Under the pieces are notes generated by a model. The model was not told the DNA's origin. It saw nothing but the letters and a program-made list of their open reading frames with translations, and did no database searches. Of a stretch of 64,000 nucleotides of DNA, positions 1 to 13,915 are shown one piece after another. How positions within the stretch are numbered: the first letter of the stretch is position 1; the number at the start of each line of letters is the position of its first letter. The DNA comes from Eledone cirrhosa (taxonomy: Eukaryota): assembly GCA_964016885.1 (NCBI GenBank), contig OZ024740.1:214644001-214708000 (forward strand). The letters are read 5' to 3'. Both the position numbers and the translations under genes were made by a program.

Positions 1-662
1 CTGGCATCATTTCACCACCAACACACCAGTCCAGCATCATTTCACCACCAACACACCGGTCCAGCATCATTTCACCACCAACACACCACTCCGGTGTCAT
101 TTCACCACCAACACACCAGTCCAGCATCATTTCACCACCAACACACCGGTCCAGCATCATTTCACCACCAACACACCACTCCGGTGTCATTTCACCACCA
201 ACACACCAGTCCAGCATCATTTCACCACCAACACACCAGTCCGGCATCATTTCACCATCAACACACCACTCCGGCATCATTTCACCACCAACACACCAGT
301 CCAGCATCATTTCACCACCAACACACCGGTCCAGCATCATTTCACCACCAACACACCACTCCGGTGTCATTTCACCACCCACACACCAGTCCGGCATCAT
401 TTCACCACCAACACACCGGTCCAGCATCATTTCACCACCAACACACCACTCCGGTGTCATTTCACCACCAACACACCAGTCCAGCATCATTTCACCATCA
501 ACACACCGGTCCAGCATCATTTCACCACCAACACACCGGTCCAGCATCATTTCACCACCAACACACCAGTCCAGCATCATTTCACCACCAACACACCGGT
601 ACAGCATCATTTCACCACCAACACACCAGTCCAGCATCATTTCACCACCAACACACCAGTCC
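1..662. repeat. 30-bp minisatellite (ccagcatcatttcaccaccaacacaccagt)n, about 22 units, runs off the window start
   Basis: Exact 30-bp periodicity; variants confined mostly to ccagt/ccggt/ccact and gcat/gtgt positions. Confidence 0.97.
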
Positions 663-1342
663 GAAATTAATAATTTATAAATTTTTCCTCTATTATATAG
701 TTACATACTTTAGCATCTTCGAATATATTTTTTAGTATAGTATCTAATTTAATCTAACTTAAGTTATAAATAAATAGACTAACGGTCAATATTCGTTTTT
801 GGTTTGATTTTTTTTTTTACCAATCCGATATCGTCATACTATCGCCAGTTCAAAAACGTCAATACCAACTGGAATATTTCTTCCACTCATATATCTTCTG
901 TGTTGAGGTTGTTTTCTCTATCTCATATGCTTGCCGGCTACGGATCTGAATAGCTCGTCTGACCGCCTGCATATCAAATGATTTCTACATCTCCAGTGGA
1001 TTTTATCTGAAGAGAAAATGTTTTGGCTTATGTTTTACATAAGCCTTGCATCTTCGAAATACGTATAATAAAATAGATTGGGATGGAATAAAGTAACTGT
1101 CTTTCGTTTACTATTATTATAATAAAACTCCGAATAAACATATACCGTTGAGTGCTTGACATCTGTTATATATAAGTCAGCTGATTCTAAATCAACTAAC
1201 TCTTTTTCATTGAACAAATATATATATATATATATAGTAATAATAATAACTTTAATCTGTTATTTTTTTAAAAATATATATATATATATATATTTATTCA
1301 GAATAATAATAAATGAAGACTTTCACTTAATCAAAATATACG

Positions 1343-1404
1343 TTTTATTATATATATTTCGAAGGTACTGTGCTGTTTTTTCAGTACGTCCTCGTCAGAT
1401 AAAA
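1343..1404 (-). ncRNA. Type-I hammerhead ribozyme motif
   Basis: Minus strand: ttttat-CTGACGA-ggacgtactg...cagtaccttc-GAAA-tatata-TA-ataaaa; stems I and II pair; palindromic stem III. Confidence 0.8.
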
Positions 1405-1667
1405 TACATGAATTGATGTATGACATACCTCAACTGTCTTGATAGTTCAATTCCAGTATTGGCAGTGATTTATTACAACAAATATCAACATTTATATACA
1501 ACAAATAATAACATCATATACTTAAATTTAAAGAAGAAGAGGATGTGGAGTGAAATGTGGGTATATGGAGGGGGTGAATATAGGGAAATGCAAGAAGAAA
1601 TTTAAATATTTATGTATGTATGTGTTTATTTATTTTCTTCTTGCATTTCCCTATATTCATCCATGTA

Positions 1668-1729
1668 TTTTATCTGACGAGGACGTACTGAAAAAACAGC
1701 ACAGTACCTTTGAAATATATATAATAAAA
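1668..1729 (+). ncRNA. Type-I hammerhead ribozyme motif
   Basis: ttttat-CTGACGA-ggacgtactg...cagtaccttt-GAAA-tatata-TA-ataaaa. Confidence 0.78.
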
Positions 1730-1869
1730 CATATATTTTGATTATGTGAAAGTCTTCATTTATTATTATTCTGAATAATAATAACTCCAGAAAACTTTCT
1801 TGTAGAGTGCTTTTAATCTATTGTAAAATTATATTCATTGAATAATCAATGAACCATATTAATATTTGG

Positions 1870-1914
<45 letters not shown>

Positions 1915-2192
1915 CTACTATGTGAGAAAAACCACAAACCCTCCATCTCAATTCTAATTTTGAAAAGCACAAGAACTGCGAAGCCGGTAAAGGAACCAAA
2001 TAAATACATATATTTTTTTTAAAAAGACTCCAGTTGTATTTTCGATTTCATCATCTTTTTTCCTTATACTTTTTCTCGTGTAGGACACCTCGTTTTTTTT
2101 TCATTTTGTAAAAAAACCTCACTTTCTTATATATATATATATATATATTACTTCAAAATATTAATAAATATAGACATTCATGTGATCAAATA

Positions 2193-2258
2193 TATTTTAT
2201 TATATATATTTCAGAGATACTGACCTATTTCAACAGTACGTCCTCATCAGATAAAATA
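2193..2258 (-). ncRNA. Type-I hammerhead ribozyme motif
   Basis: Reverse-complement copy of 2362-2427. Confidence 0.8.
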
Positions 2259-2361
2259 AGTTGATGCTTGACATACCTTGACTATGTTGATGGTTATAAT
2301 TTAGTCATGGCATGACTAAATTATAGCCATCAACATAGTCAAGGTATGTCAAGCATCAACT

Positions 2362-2427
2362 TATTTTATCTGATGAGGACGTACTGTTGAAATAGCTCAG
2401 TATCTCTGAAATATATATAATAAAATA
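2362..2427 (+). ncRNA. Type-I hammerhead ribozyme motif
   Basis: tattttat-CTGATGA-ggacgtactg...cagtatctct-GAAA-tatata-TA-ataaaata; 8-bp stem I. Confidence 0.82.
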
Positions 2428-2469
2428 TATTTGATCACATGAATGTCTATATTTATTAATATTTTGAAG

Positions 2470-2568
<99 letters not shown>

Positions 2569-2570
2569 CT

Positions 2571-3015
2571 ACTAGACCTGAAAAATGCACAAGCTCAAAA
2601 GAGCCACAGAATGTTATAATAAACCTTCAAAAGTGTGAGACTAGAGTTGTTGCTCAAAAATATTGTAATCATTATCTATCGTACACTCTGTGGCATCCTT
2701 TTATAAAAAAGAGACTCATAACGAACTCAAGACGACACGATAATTATTTAAGTGAATTTATAATATAGAATTCGGTTTAAATGCATTTTGTATTAATCAT
2801 TACTAAACATCTAATATGAGATATTGAACATTAGCTTAAATAATTATCGTGTCGTCTTGAGTTCGTTATGAATCTCTTTTTATAAAAGGATGCCACAGAG
2901 TGTACGATAGATAATGATTACAATATTTTTGAGCAACAACTCTAGTCCCACACTTTTGAAGGTTTATTATAACATTCTGTGGCTCTTTTGAGCTTGCGCA
3001 TTTTTCAGGTCTAGT
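2571..3015. repeat. Fold-back unit 3: about 180-bp inverted arms (2571-2752 / 2835-3015), about 80-bp spacer, adjacent to (TA)n; no hammerhead core seen
   Basis: actagacctgaaaaatg...taattatttaag versus cttaaataatta...catttttcaggtctagt. Confidence 0.9.
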
Positions 3016-3502
3016 TTAATATCTTTTTAAGGCAACGCTTGTAATAACTCTAGTTAAACATGATATATATTAATAATAAATTATCGTTGTAATGTAATTA
3101 GATTATATAATTGTTATTTTATAAATGATCTTATAAATATTATTGTAAGATGTATAAAAATATTTTCAGACTTTTAATAGTTAATATAAATTTTAAAAAA
3201 TCATATAAATTAACAATATAACTTACCAAAACGAGAAAAATATTTTGATGATAAACGACGAAATACTGGAGGAAGATTCGAAAGCGCAACGATAAATAAA
3301 CGTGCAAACAAAGTGGCGGATGCTTTTGAGCAACAATTACTCTCGTTGGTTGATTAGCCAATAAGACGATACATTACAAAAGATGTTTGGGAGGGATGAC
3401 CACGGCCAGTGATATCCCTTGAATTTTTTATTCACAAGCTACGCATGTATATCATGTCAGACACGCAGACTTAAAACATTCTGTTGTTAGTCACTGCGTG
3501 TC

Positions 3503-3960
<458 letters not shown>

Positions 3961-4149
3961 ATACGTGAGAACATGTGTATGTGTGTAACCAATGTGTGCC
4001 GACTGTTGTGTTTTATTAGTATTTAGTCATCAACCATAAAGAGATGACAAACGGGGTCAACTCCGCTAGGATTTACCCTGAAAACAGTGAAACATCTAAC
4101 TCTAAACTATTATCACTGGCTTTTAACTTCGCTACAATAACGGCTTTTT

Positions 4150-5587
4150 GTGGTTTGCTTCTTTGTTTTGTGTTGTTGTTGTTGTTGTTGTTGCTGTTCT
4201 TGTAGCTGTTGTTTTTTCTTGTAGCGGTTGTTGTTGTTCTTCTTGTAGTGGGTGTTGTTGTAGTTGTTGATGTTGTTGCTGTTGTAGCTGTTGTTGCTGT
4301 TGTAGCTATTGTTGTTGTTCTTCTTCTTGTAGCGGCTGTTGTTGTTCTTGTTCTTCTTCTTCTTCTTGTAGCGGTTGTTGTTGTTGTTGTTCTTCTTCTT
4401 CTTGTAGCGGTTGTTGTTGTTGTTGTTCTTCTTCTTCTTCTTGTAGCGGTTGTTGTTGTTGTTCTTCTTCTTCTTCTTGTAGCGGTTGTTGTTGTAGTTG
4501 TTGATGTTGTTGCTGTTGTTGCTGTTGTTGCTGTTGTAGCTATTGTTGTTGTTCTTCTTCTTGTAGCGGTTGTTGTTGTTCTTCTTCTTGTAGCGGTTGT
4601 TGTTGTTCTTCTTCTTCTTCTTGTAGCGGTTGTTGTTGTTGTTGTTCTTCTTCTTCTTCTTCTTCTTGTAGCGGTTGTTGTTGTTGTTCTTCTTCTTCTT
4701 CTTGTAGCGGTTGTTGTTGTTCTTCTTGTAGCGGGTGTTGTTGTAGTTGTTGATGTTGTTGCTGTTGTTGCTGTTGTTGCTGTTGTAGCTATTGTTGTTG
4801 TTCTTCTTCTTGTAGCTATTGTTGTTGTTCTTCTTCTTGTAGCGGTTGTTGTTGTTGTTCTTCTTCTTGTAGCGGTTGTTGTTGTTCTTCTTCTTCTTCT
4901 TGTAGCGGTTGTTGTTCTTCTTCTTCTTCTTATTCTTCTTCTTGTAGCGGTTGTTGTTGTAGTTGTTGATGTTGTTGCTGTTGTTGCTGTTGTTGCTGTT
5001 GTAGCTATTGTTGTTGTTCTTCTTCTTGTAGCGGTTGTTGTTGTTCTTCTTCTTGTAGCGGTTGTTGTTGTTCTTCTTCTTCTTCTTGTAGCGGTTGTTG
5101 TTGTTGTTGTTGTTCTTCTTCTTCTTCTTCTTCTTGTAGCGGTTGTTGTTGTTGTTGTTGTTCTTCTTCTTCTTCTTGTAGCGGTTGTTGTTGTTGTTGT
5201 TGTAATTGTTGTTGTTGTTGTTGTTGTTGTTGTTCTTCTTCTTCTTCTTCTTCTTCTTCTTCTTCTTCTTCTTCTTCTTCTTCTTCTTCTTCTTGTAGCT
5301 GTTGTTATTGTTGTTGTTGTTGGTGGTGGTGGTGGCGGTGTTGTTGTTGCTGTTGTTGCTGTTGCTATTGGTGTTGTTGTTTTTGTTGTTGTTGTTGATG
5401 GTACTGTTGTTGTTGTTGTTAATGTTGTTGATGTTGTTGATGGTACTGTTGTTGTTGTTGTTAATGTTGTTGATGTTGTTGATGTTGTTGTTGTTGATGA
5501 TGATGTTGTTGTTGTTGTTGTTGTTTTTGTTGTTGTTGTTGTTGATGGTACTGTTGTTATTGTTGATGATGTTGTTGATGTTGTTGA

Positions 5588-5620
<33 letters not shown>

Positions 5621-5705
5621 CGTCGTCGTTGTTGTTGTTGTTGTTGTTTTTTGTTGTTGTTGTTGTTGATGGTACTGTTGTTATTGTTGATGATGTTGTT
5701 GATGT

Positions 5706-5738
<33 letters not shown>

Positions 5739-5762
5739 CGTCGTTGTTGTTGTTGATGTTGT
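4150..5762. repeat. Compound trinucleotide array: (GTT)n(CTT)n-gtagcg units grading into (GTT/GAT)n
   Basis: Direct reading; accounts for the N/K-, V- and L-rich pseudo-ORFs. Confidence 0.95.
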
Positions 5763-5839
5763 TCTATATACTTGATATTCTATCATCTTCCATTTGTTTA
5801 TCTGCGTCTTTTCTCCGTTTTCTCTTCTCATTGTTTTTC

Positions 5840-6123
5840 CTTTTCTCTCTCTCTTTCTCTCTCTCCGTCTCTCTCCCCCTCTCTCCCCTCTTGCTCTCTC
5901 TCTCTCTCTCTCTACCTCTCTCTCTCTCTCTACCTCTCTCTCTCTACCTCTCTCTCTACCCCTCGCTCTTCCTTTCTCCTACTCTCTATCTTCCTATCAT
6001 TCTCTCTCTCCCTCTCTCTTCCTTTCTCTCCCTCTCTCTCTTCCTATTTTTCTCTCTCTCCCTCTCTTTCTCTCTCTCTCTCTTCCTTTCTCCCTTTCTA
6101 TCTTCCCCCCTCTCTCTCTATCT
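5840..6123. repeat. Degenerate (CT)n polypyrimidine tract
   Basis: Direct reading. Confidence 0.9.
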
Positions 6124-6399
6124 CATAAACGTATCACGTTTATGTACTTATACGCATGAATGTTTGTATATTTAAATGAGTATGGAATATGAATGTATGT
6201 ATGTATGTGTGTATGTGTATATGTATATATATATATGTATGTATGTTTGTATGTGTGCATGTATGCATGTATGCATGTATGTATGTATGTATATATGTAT
6301 GTATGCATGTGTATATATATATATATATGTGCATATCCATGTATGTATATATGTAAGTGTGCATGTATGTATGTTTGTATATATGTATGTATATATATT

Positions 6400-8080
6400 A
6401 GGTTAGGTCATTCCATGACGACATGAAGGCTTGGGTTAATGTCGGAGCCTATCTCAGTAAAAAAAATGGAGTGAAACAGGGTGATATTCCAGCACCGTCC
6501 CTGTTTGCCATATACTTTGCAATGGTTCTCTGTATTGCATTCAGGAATTGCGAGCATGGTGTTTACACCTCAGGCAGTATATTTAACATCAGGCGCTTTG
6601 CTGCAAAAACAAAAGTATTTACATCAATCATAAGAGACCTCTTGTATGCAGATGATTGCGATCTTGTAGCGCACACAGAGATTGATATGCAGCACATTTT
6701 GAATGCATTTTCTGACGCTTGCATTGCCCTAGGATTGACTGTCAGTCACAACAAAACCGTCGTCATGTACCAACCTGCCCCAGGTAAGCAGTACAGTGAA
6801 CCAAATATCTATGTGTATGGTAAACGACTTGGAGTGGTTGATCAGTTTGTCTACCTGGGAAGCACTGTCAATCGATACAGCAACCTTGATAGTGAAATCT
6901 CACTTAGGATTAGGAAGGCAAGTGATGCTTTCGGAAAGCAAGAAAGGCGACTCTCGGGTCGGCGAGACATATGCAAGAGGACAAAGGTAAAGGTGTACAA
7001 GGCATGTATGCTCTCTTGTCTTCTTTATTCCTGCAGACCTGGGTCACATATCGACACCACCTTAAGCAATTGGAGCGTTTCCATCAGATGTATCTCAGAC
7101 GGATCCATGGCGTTCACTGGAGGGACCACATCAGTGATGTCGAGATTTTGGAAAGCTCTATGTGTGACAGTATAGAAGCTGTTGTGCTTAAGCAACGACT
7201 CCGTTGGAGTGGTCACCTTGCCAGGATGAAGGATTCTAGAATACCAAAACAACTCTTTTATGGAGAGTTAGTTAAAGGAAAACGACCGCCACATAAACCA
7301 AAAAAGAGGTATAAGGATTCCTTGAAAGCCTCTTTGAAAGACGCTAACATCTCTGCTGATACATGGGAAAATATTGCTGCTGATCGTAATAATGGAGAAA
7401 GACTGTATATGAGGGAAAAGTTGCCTTTGAGGCATCTCGAATCGCATACGAGAAAGTAAAGCGGGATGTGTGGAAGGGTATTGCTGTTGCACTTCCAGAC
7501 GACGAGGGTCCTCCTATGTGCTGACATGCAGCGTCTGTGCGAGACTGCCTAAGCAAAGCTGGACTGAAACGTCATCTTCGCAGTCATAAAGTAAGACCAG
7601 TGGTTGACTACCAGGCTGCTGCTGGAGATGCTACTCATCATGCTTGCCAAGCATGTGGTAGAGAATGTAAATCAGCAGGAGGGCTCAAGCGACATGCAAA
7701 AGTACATGAACATCAACCACAGCCGGCTATTCCCAGTGAATGTTTTGGTTGCCGACTCTGCAAGACATTTTAGATCATTGGCTGGGCTAAAAAGCCACAT
7801 TCGATCGCAGCGCTGTTAGTTGCTATCGTGTGTGAGTGTATAGATATGTTTATGTGTGTGCGTGTGTGTGTATATATATATGTATATGTATATTATTATT
7901 GTTGTTGTTGTCGTTATTATTATTGTTGTTATTATTATTATTATTGTTATTAATATATGTGTATGTATATATATGTGTCTATATATATATATGTATGTGT
8001 GTGTATATATATGTGTATATATATATAAATTTTTCTTCTCGTGCAATGGCCATACTCGATAACGAGGAGGCAGTCATCAT
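6400..8080 (+). mobile_element. 5'-truncated, frameshifted RTE (BovB-like) non-LTR retrotransposon: RT C-terminal half, thumb, C-terminal C2H2-like zinc fingers, 3' end
   Basis: GVKQGDIPAPSLF, LLYADD, FVYLGS, RLRWSGHLARM..SRIPKQLFYGEL; CQACGRECKSAGGLKRHAKVH; the 3' end ggccatactcgataacgag..gcagtcatcat matches 19426-19458. Confidence 0.92.
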
Positions 8081-8084
8081 ATAT

Positions 8085-8460
8085 GTATGTATGCATGTGT
8101 ATATATATATGTGTGTGTCCATGTATGTATATATGTAAGTGTGCATGTGTGCATGTATGTATGTTTGTATATATGTATGTATGCATGTGTATATATATAT
8201 ATGTGTGTGTATCCATGTATGTATATATGTAAGTGTGCATGTGTGCATGTATGTATGTTTGTATATATGTATGTATGCATGTGTATATATATATATGTGT
8301 GTATCCATGTATGTATATGTGTAAGTGTGCATGTGTGCATGTATGTATGTTTGTATATATGTATGTATGCATGTGTATATATATATATGTGTGTATCCAT
8401 GTATGTATATATGTAAGTGTGCATGTGTGAATGTATGTATGTTTGTATATATGTATGCAT
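8085..8460. repeat. About 90-bp minisatellite built from (TATG)/(TA) motifs, about 4 copies; one more copy left of the RTE (about 6295-6395)
   Basis: Recurrent tccatgtatgtatatatgtaagtgtgcatg...tttgtatatatgtatg. Confidence 0.85.
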
Positions 8461-8683
8461 CTGTGTGTCCGTGTCTGTATTATTCAGGCCCCCCTCCCCC
8501 ACATATCACGTCATCAATCTTCTCCAATATCCTCTAATGAAATGTCAGTCTATGTTCGTATAGTTTACAAATCTTACACTACCAGCTTCCACTCAATACA
8601 GTAACAAGTCTTCAAGACGAGACTACATGAAAGATGACCCGATAAATCAATAATCTCCTGGTAGTGTCAAGTCGTTGATCAAA

Positions 8684-9064
8684 TACAAAGGTGGGCTGAA
8701 AAGTGATGTTAGAGCTGTGAAATCTTGCAGTCATTAATTTAAACTCTTCTAGTTAATAACTGTATTGTTTCCTTCCAGGGTCGGTGTTGGAAAATAAACC
8801 TCATTTGGTCACTCCATGAGAGTATCTTGGTCAGCCTTTGGGCTTCACTTTACGAGGGTGCGTTGAAAGGTTCATAGACTATGAAGGAGTGATGTTAGAG
8901 CTGTGGAATCTTGAACACAATAATTTAAACTCCTCTTATTAATAACTACATTGTTTCTTTCCAGGGACTATGTTAAAAAATTAACTTCATTCGGTCATTT
9001 CATGAGAGTATCTTGGTCAGACTATGAACATTTAAGCCTATGAACCTTTAAGCCGACCGTCGTA
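8684..9064 (+). mobile_element. Two tandem mariner-type MITEs (8684-8850, 8851-9064)
   Basis: TA-flanked TIR-like ends tacgagggtgcgttgaaagg / ccttta..ccgaccgtcgta; body shared with 22828-23028 and 52940-53560. Confidence 0.7.
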
Positions 9065-9145
9065 ATTCCTCAAACCACCAATTATGTGGCAAGATGCAGA
9101 CTATTTTCTAGATACACGGAGTAATAAGCTGCTTGCTCATGGCCA

Positions 9146-9335
9146 TGGGGATTGGCAATATCAGTAGAAGGTCGGACGCCATGCTTTGCAGCATAGAGTT
9201 ATGCCCCTTTATGGTGTGAGTTCAAATCCCGCCGAGGTTCACTTTGCCTTTCATCCTTACAGGGGTCGATAAAATAAAGTACCAGTAATGCACTGGGATA
9301 ATTGGTGGCCTTGTGCCAAAAGTAGAAACAATTAT
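9146..9335 (+). mobile_element. tRNA-derived SINE, family A
   Basis: A-box-like tggcaatatcagtag, B-box gagttcaaatcc, core gcctttcatcctta..ggggtcgataaaataaagtaccag, tail ccttgtgccaaaagtagaaac; more than 12 copies in the window. Confidence 0.88.
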
Positions 9336-9795
9336 GTTCAATGTAACACTCTATCTAGTACACTCTCAGCCTATAAGTAATTTGTATTCTAAATCTCCAT
9401 TAGCACTAATGATTTGGAGGAAATACTTATAATGATCTTTCCGAGACATACAAAGATATCGGTAAAAGAATTTGCCTCAACAGCCGAGTGGACCTTTTTA
9501 AAACTCTAATGTCAGAAGAAAGAGAAAAGTTTGTGATCTCTTGTACTGATGTTAATGTTAGTTTTAGAAAATCGTAGCTCCAGTGTTGGTGGTTTTGTGA
9601 TCGTGCTTTTGAACCGATCCCAGTCCAAATTTATAATGTCTGCTTTGGTTTGAGCTCAACATTCTGTTTTCTTGGATCTTCTCGTCAAATCTTTCAGTTT
9701 CTCGTTATTCCTTATATTGCTTACTTTATTCCTTCCATTCATTTAACGTTCGTTCGGGACCATTGTCATCGTCGGTGTTGTTATTGTTGCTGTTG

Positions 9796-9826
<31 letters not shown>

Positions 9827-10419
9827 TGTTGCTGTTGTTGTTGTTGTTGCTGTAGTCGTTGTTTCAGTTGCTGTTGTTGTTGCTGTTGTTGTACCCCCTT
9901 GTATCCTCCCTCATAGCCTCCTCATCCATAAACTTCACACACTCTGGTTCATTCAATTAGAAGTTGTTCATCTGGTCGCATTGAAGTATAACCTTCATCT
10001 TGGAGCGAGGAATCGCATTACCAACGCTTGCATGCCTTCAGGCTAAAAGGTGAACTTCTCCAATTTGGTGATACCTTTCTCTCTGATTAGTTGAGGTATT
10101 GAAAGGTTCATGAACTTTCCAAAAGCATCCATTCGGTAGAAACAGTAGCTTTTGTTAGAACTTCATCTACTGTGAATTTCTAAGTTACATTAACACTCAC
10201 TCGATACCTTTTATCTCTCTACGGAGGTTAGGCTTTTATGTTTCCTTCACACCCACATATGGAAGCTTCAAATATCCTGTGATCCATATCAGATAACAAT
10301 TCTGTCATTGCAATCAACGCCACTATTTATTGTATATACTTGAATGTAAGTCGAGGAATATGTGACACAAATATCTTTCTTCTGCAGGTTTACCTTACCT
10401 ATAATACAATTTCTCATTA

Positions 10420-10450
<31 letters not shown>

Positions 10451-10620
10451 CTTCTTCTTCTTCTTCTTCTTGTTGAGAGGGTCATGTGGAGGGAAGAGTC
10501 TTCAAACACTCCTTCCAGTGTGTCCTGTCAGAAGCAACCGTCACCAACTGATCCTGCTGGATTCCCAAGTGAGACTAGCTAAGCTCATGTATGTTATCCA
10601 ACCATCTTGCTCGGGGTCTA
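10420..10620 (-). mobile_element. 3' end of RTE/Expander-like LINE with (GAA)n tail
   Basis: Homologous to 32056-32390 and 51740-52137. Confidence 0.75.
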
Positions 10621-11357
10621 AGTTGGAATGTCTAAGTAAGCGATATTTTTAAACATTTGTTTTTCAAAAAATGTGTTAGGGTATCGGACACAAAGCCTTG
10701 CGATGATTAGCTACTAGCTTTATGTCCTGCGTTTAAATCCCGGTTGAGTTAATTTCGTCTTTCTTCTTACCTGTATTTTCAGCTCTTCAATAATGGAGGA
10801 AATTTAATTGATTGTATTTCCACCTCATTCCCAAGAATGTGGCTTTTTATCTATTTTAAAAATCAATTTATGATATCATGCAGCAGTAGACAAGAAATAT
10901 TTAAAAAAATAATTAGACTTTTAAAAATATCTTTAAGATATAGCTAAAACATCTTTCTTTCATGCCATGTATCATATGGAGAACTGCACGGCTTTGACTA
11001 TCTTTTAAGATATTTTCTCTTTACGTTCATGTTTTTAGTGAAACTGAAATAAATGATCGATATTTTTATTGCCATCGTCTTTTCTCTTATTTCCTGCGAA
11101 CTACTTCAAATCTTTCCACCTTTGTTGTGGTTCCTATTGTTGCCAGGAGTAAGGATTGGGCTGCAGTTGTAATATCAAAGATTCTGTTGATTTTATTCTT
11201 GTTATTAAAATATTACTATGAAAGCGTTTTCAGTATGCTTCATTCTATATTTTCCATTGCTACTCATAAATAAAATAGTTATCTTCGTTGTAAAAAGTAG
11301 AGAGATAGTACTAGCAAGTCAAAAATACTTGCCTGAATCGGTCTTTCCCTTGACACA

Positions 11358-11538
11358 CAGGAAGGGGTGCTGAAAAATGTCTGGCTTTGGGTAAAAGAAC
11401 ATACAGGAGGATCAGTTAATTATGATTTTATTCAACATATTCCCCTCTCAGATTCACACACTTATTGCAGCGGTCTTTCAGCTTTTCTAAACCTCTGTAG
11501 CAGCGATCAAGCCAGGAACTTTTTAACACACCCTCGTA
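11358..11538. mobile_element. Mariner-type MITE, second family
   Basis: Imperfect TIRs ggggtgctgaaaaatgtctggctt / aagccaggaactttttaacacaccctcgta. Confidence 0.65.
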
Positions 11539-12747
11539 TATCTTATTTGTAAGAAAAGAGATAAACCTGAAATGTCCAGCGTCTACAAGCTATCTTATTT
11601 GAAGGTGTTTTATTGCACTTATATCTATAATATCCTTGGGCGAAATATATCAACGTCAAAACATCTTGTTTCTCTTCATTTGTAATTCTACCTTTGTGGC
11701 TATAATTAACAGTGAAAATATCCTGATATTATGTTTATAGATAATTAATATTGAGAACATGATAATATTATATGTTTATATACTGTAAAGACAAAATCGA
11801 TAAATGGCTAAAGTCATATCTCCAGCTAAAGATATGGCTTCTTATTCTCAGCTGTCCTTTCTTTTATGAGTTTAATCATGACTCTATATTTCTCTCTGTA
11901 GTTAAACTAAACTAACATAACAGATGCTAAAACATTCAAGATTGCAATACATTATCCACATCACGTGTCGCCATTCATTCGCTTATTTCTAAAGAAAACG
12001 AAGTTTTATGGCCGATAGTAGTTCGTAAACACAATTTGAAACATTATCATGACCTTTACATGTTCTCGGCAAACTAGAAGAGTAACCCGATTTGGAGGGT
12101 TCAGCTGTTGTCATTTGATTACAATTACGACACTGATAAGCCTTGAACAGTATTGAATCTATTCTAAGTTTTCTCTCATCTACAATTTAAACTTACATGA
12201 TATAAAGCAAACAAACAAATATATGATACATTTCAATGGTGTTGAGGGTGAAGATCCACATAGATTTCTTACGCTGCATCATTGTTTGTTGAGCCCAGGG
12301 TTATCTCTGATTGAGCATGCCTATAATCAAAGGTATTCCAACCGTGGCCATCATGTGTTTCTTTGCACGCATTTTTTTCTTTTTAGAACTAATAATGAAA
12401 TGAAGGAAATTTAGCTACTATCTTCTATAAATAGAGCGATTAAATGGAGGCCTCGTTATTAGTATCCATTGGTCATTTTTAAATTCTGTGTATTTTTCTG
12501 GTCTTTGAGCTCAGTTTCATACAGTTCAAAGATTAAATATATTTTTGCCGTAAATCATTCGCAATTTGATAAATTACCTACGATGTCCTAGTTAATGACT
12601 TTCGATCTGCTGAAAATAGTAGCTAAATCTCACACAAATCATATAAAAAAATCGGTGGACAGATTCGTTAGGTTAGGCCTGAAATAAAACAAGATGGTCA
12701 CAGCTGTGATGACTTGTATCACAAGTCTGCAGGCTCAGATCTGAGAC

Positions 12748-12748
<1 letters not shown>

Positions 12749-12811
<63 letters not shown>

Positions 12812-13915
12812 GAGCAGCAGCAATAACAATAACAATGACAACAACAGCAGCAGCAGTAGCAATAATAATAACAACAGCAATAACAATAAAAATGACAACA
12901 ACAACAACAGCAATGGCAATAATAATAACGACTACTATGACGACGATGACAACAACAACAACAGCAATAACAATAACGACTAGTAGCACCATGATAACAA
13001 TAATGACAACCACAACCACGACGATGACAACAATGACAAGCATATCCATGACGACGACGACAACGATGACAACCACGACGACGGCGATAACGACCACGAC
13101 GACAACGATGACAACCACGACGACGACGGCGATAACGACCACGACGACGACATCGATGACAACCATGACGACGACGACGACGACAATGAAACGACGACAA
13201 CGATGACAACCACGACGATGACGGCGATGACAACCACGACGATGACGGCGATGACAACCACGACGACGACGACGATGACAACCACGACGACGACGACGAT
13301 GACAACCACGACGACGGCAACTATGACAACCACGACGATGACGGCGATGACAACCACGACGACGGCAACTATGACAACCACGACGACGACGGCGATGACA
13401 ACCATGACGACGACAACGATGACAACCACGACGACGGCGATAACGACGACAACTATGACAACCACGACGATGACGGCGATGACAACCACGACGACGGCAA
13501 CTATGACAACCACGACGACGACGGCGATGACAACCATGACGACGACAACGATGACAACCACGACGTCGACGGCGATGACAACCATGACGTCGACAACGAT
13601 GACAACCACGACGACGGCGATAACGACGACAACGATGACAACCACGACGACGACGGCGATGACAACCATGACGTCGACAACGATGACAACCACGACGACG
13701 GCGATAACGACGACAACGATGACAACCACGACGACGGCGATAACGACGACAACGATGACAACCACGACGACGACGATGACAACCATGACGACGACGGCGA
13801 TGACAACCACGACGACGACGACGATGACAACCATGACGACGACGACGACGGCGATAACGACGACAATAAAAACAACAACAACAACAGCAGCAACAACAAT
13901 AATGACAATAACAAC
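12749..13915. repeat. (CAA)n grading into a GAC-based compound array (atgacaaccacgacgacg...)
   Basis: Direct reading. Confidence 0.95.

Larger units (their letters stand above)
1295..1870. mobile_element. Fold-back PLE-type unit 1: inverted arms 1295-1410 / 1662-1777, inner inverted repeat 1575-1600 / 1634-1659, 3' tail to about 1870, flanked by (TA)n
   Basis: Arms are near-perfect reverse complements and each contains a hammerhead motif; (TA)n on both sides. Confidence 0.8.
2148..2472. mobile_element. Fold-back unit 2: about 325-bp near-perfect palindrome centred at 2310, embedded in (TA)n
   Basis: Centre ttagtcatg-g-catgactaa; arms differ at about 2 positions; related to unit 1. Confidence 0.9.

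Noticed and set aside
94-735. His-rich ORF (PASFHHQHTS)n
   Set aside because: Product of a 30-bp minisatellite that is open in several frames, with a non-ATG start and no splice or domain support.
4113-5831. 572-aa N/K-rich ORF
   Set aside because: Compound (GTT)/(CTT) repeat that is open on both strands.
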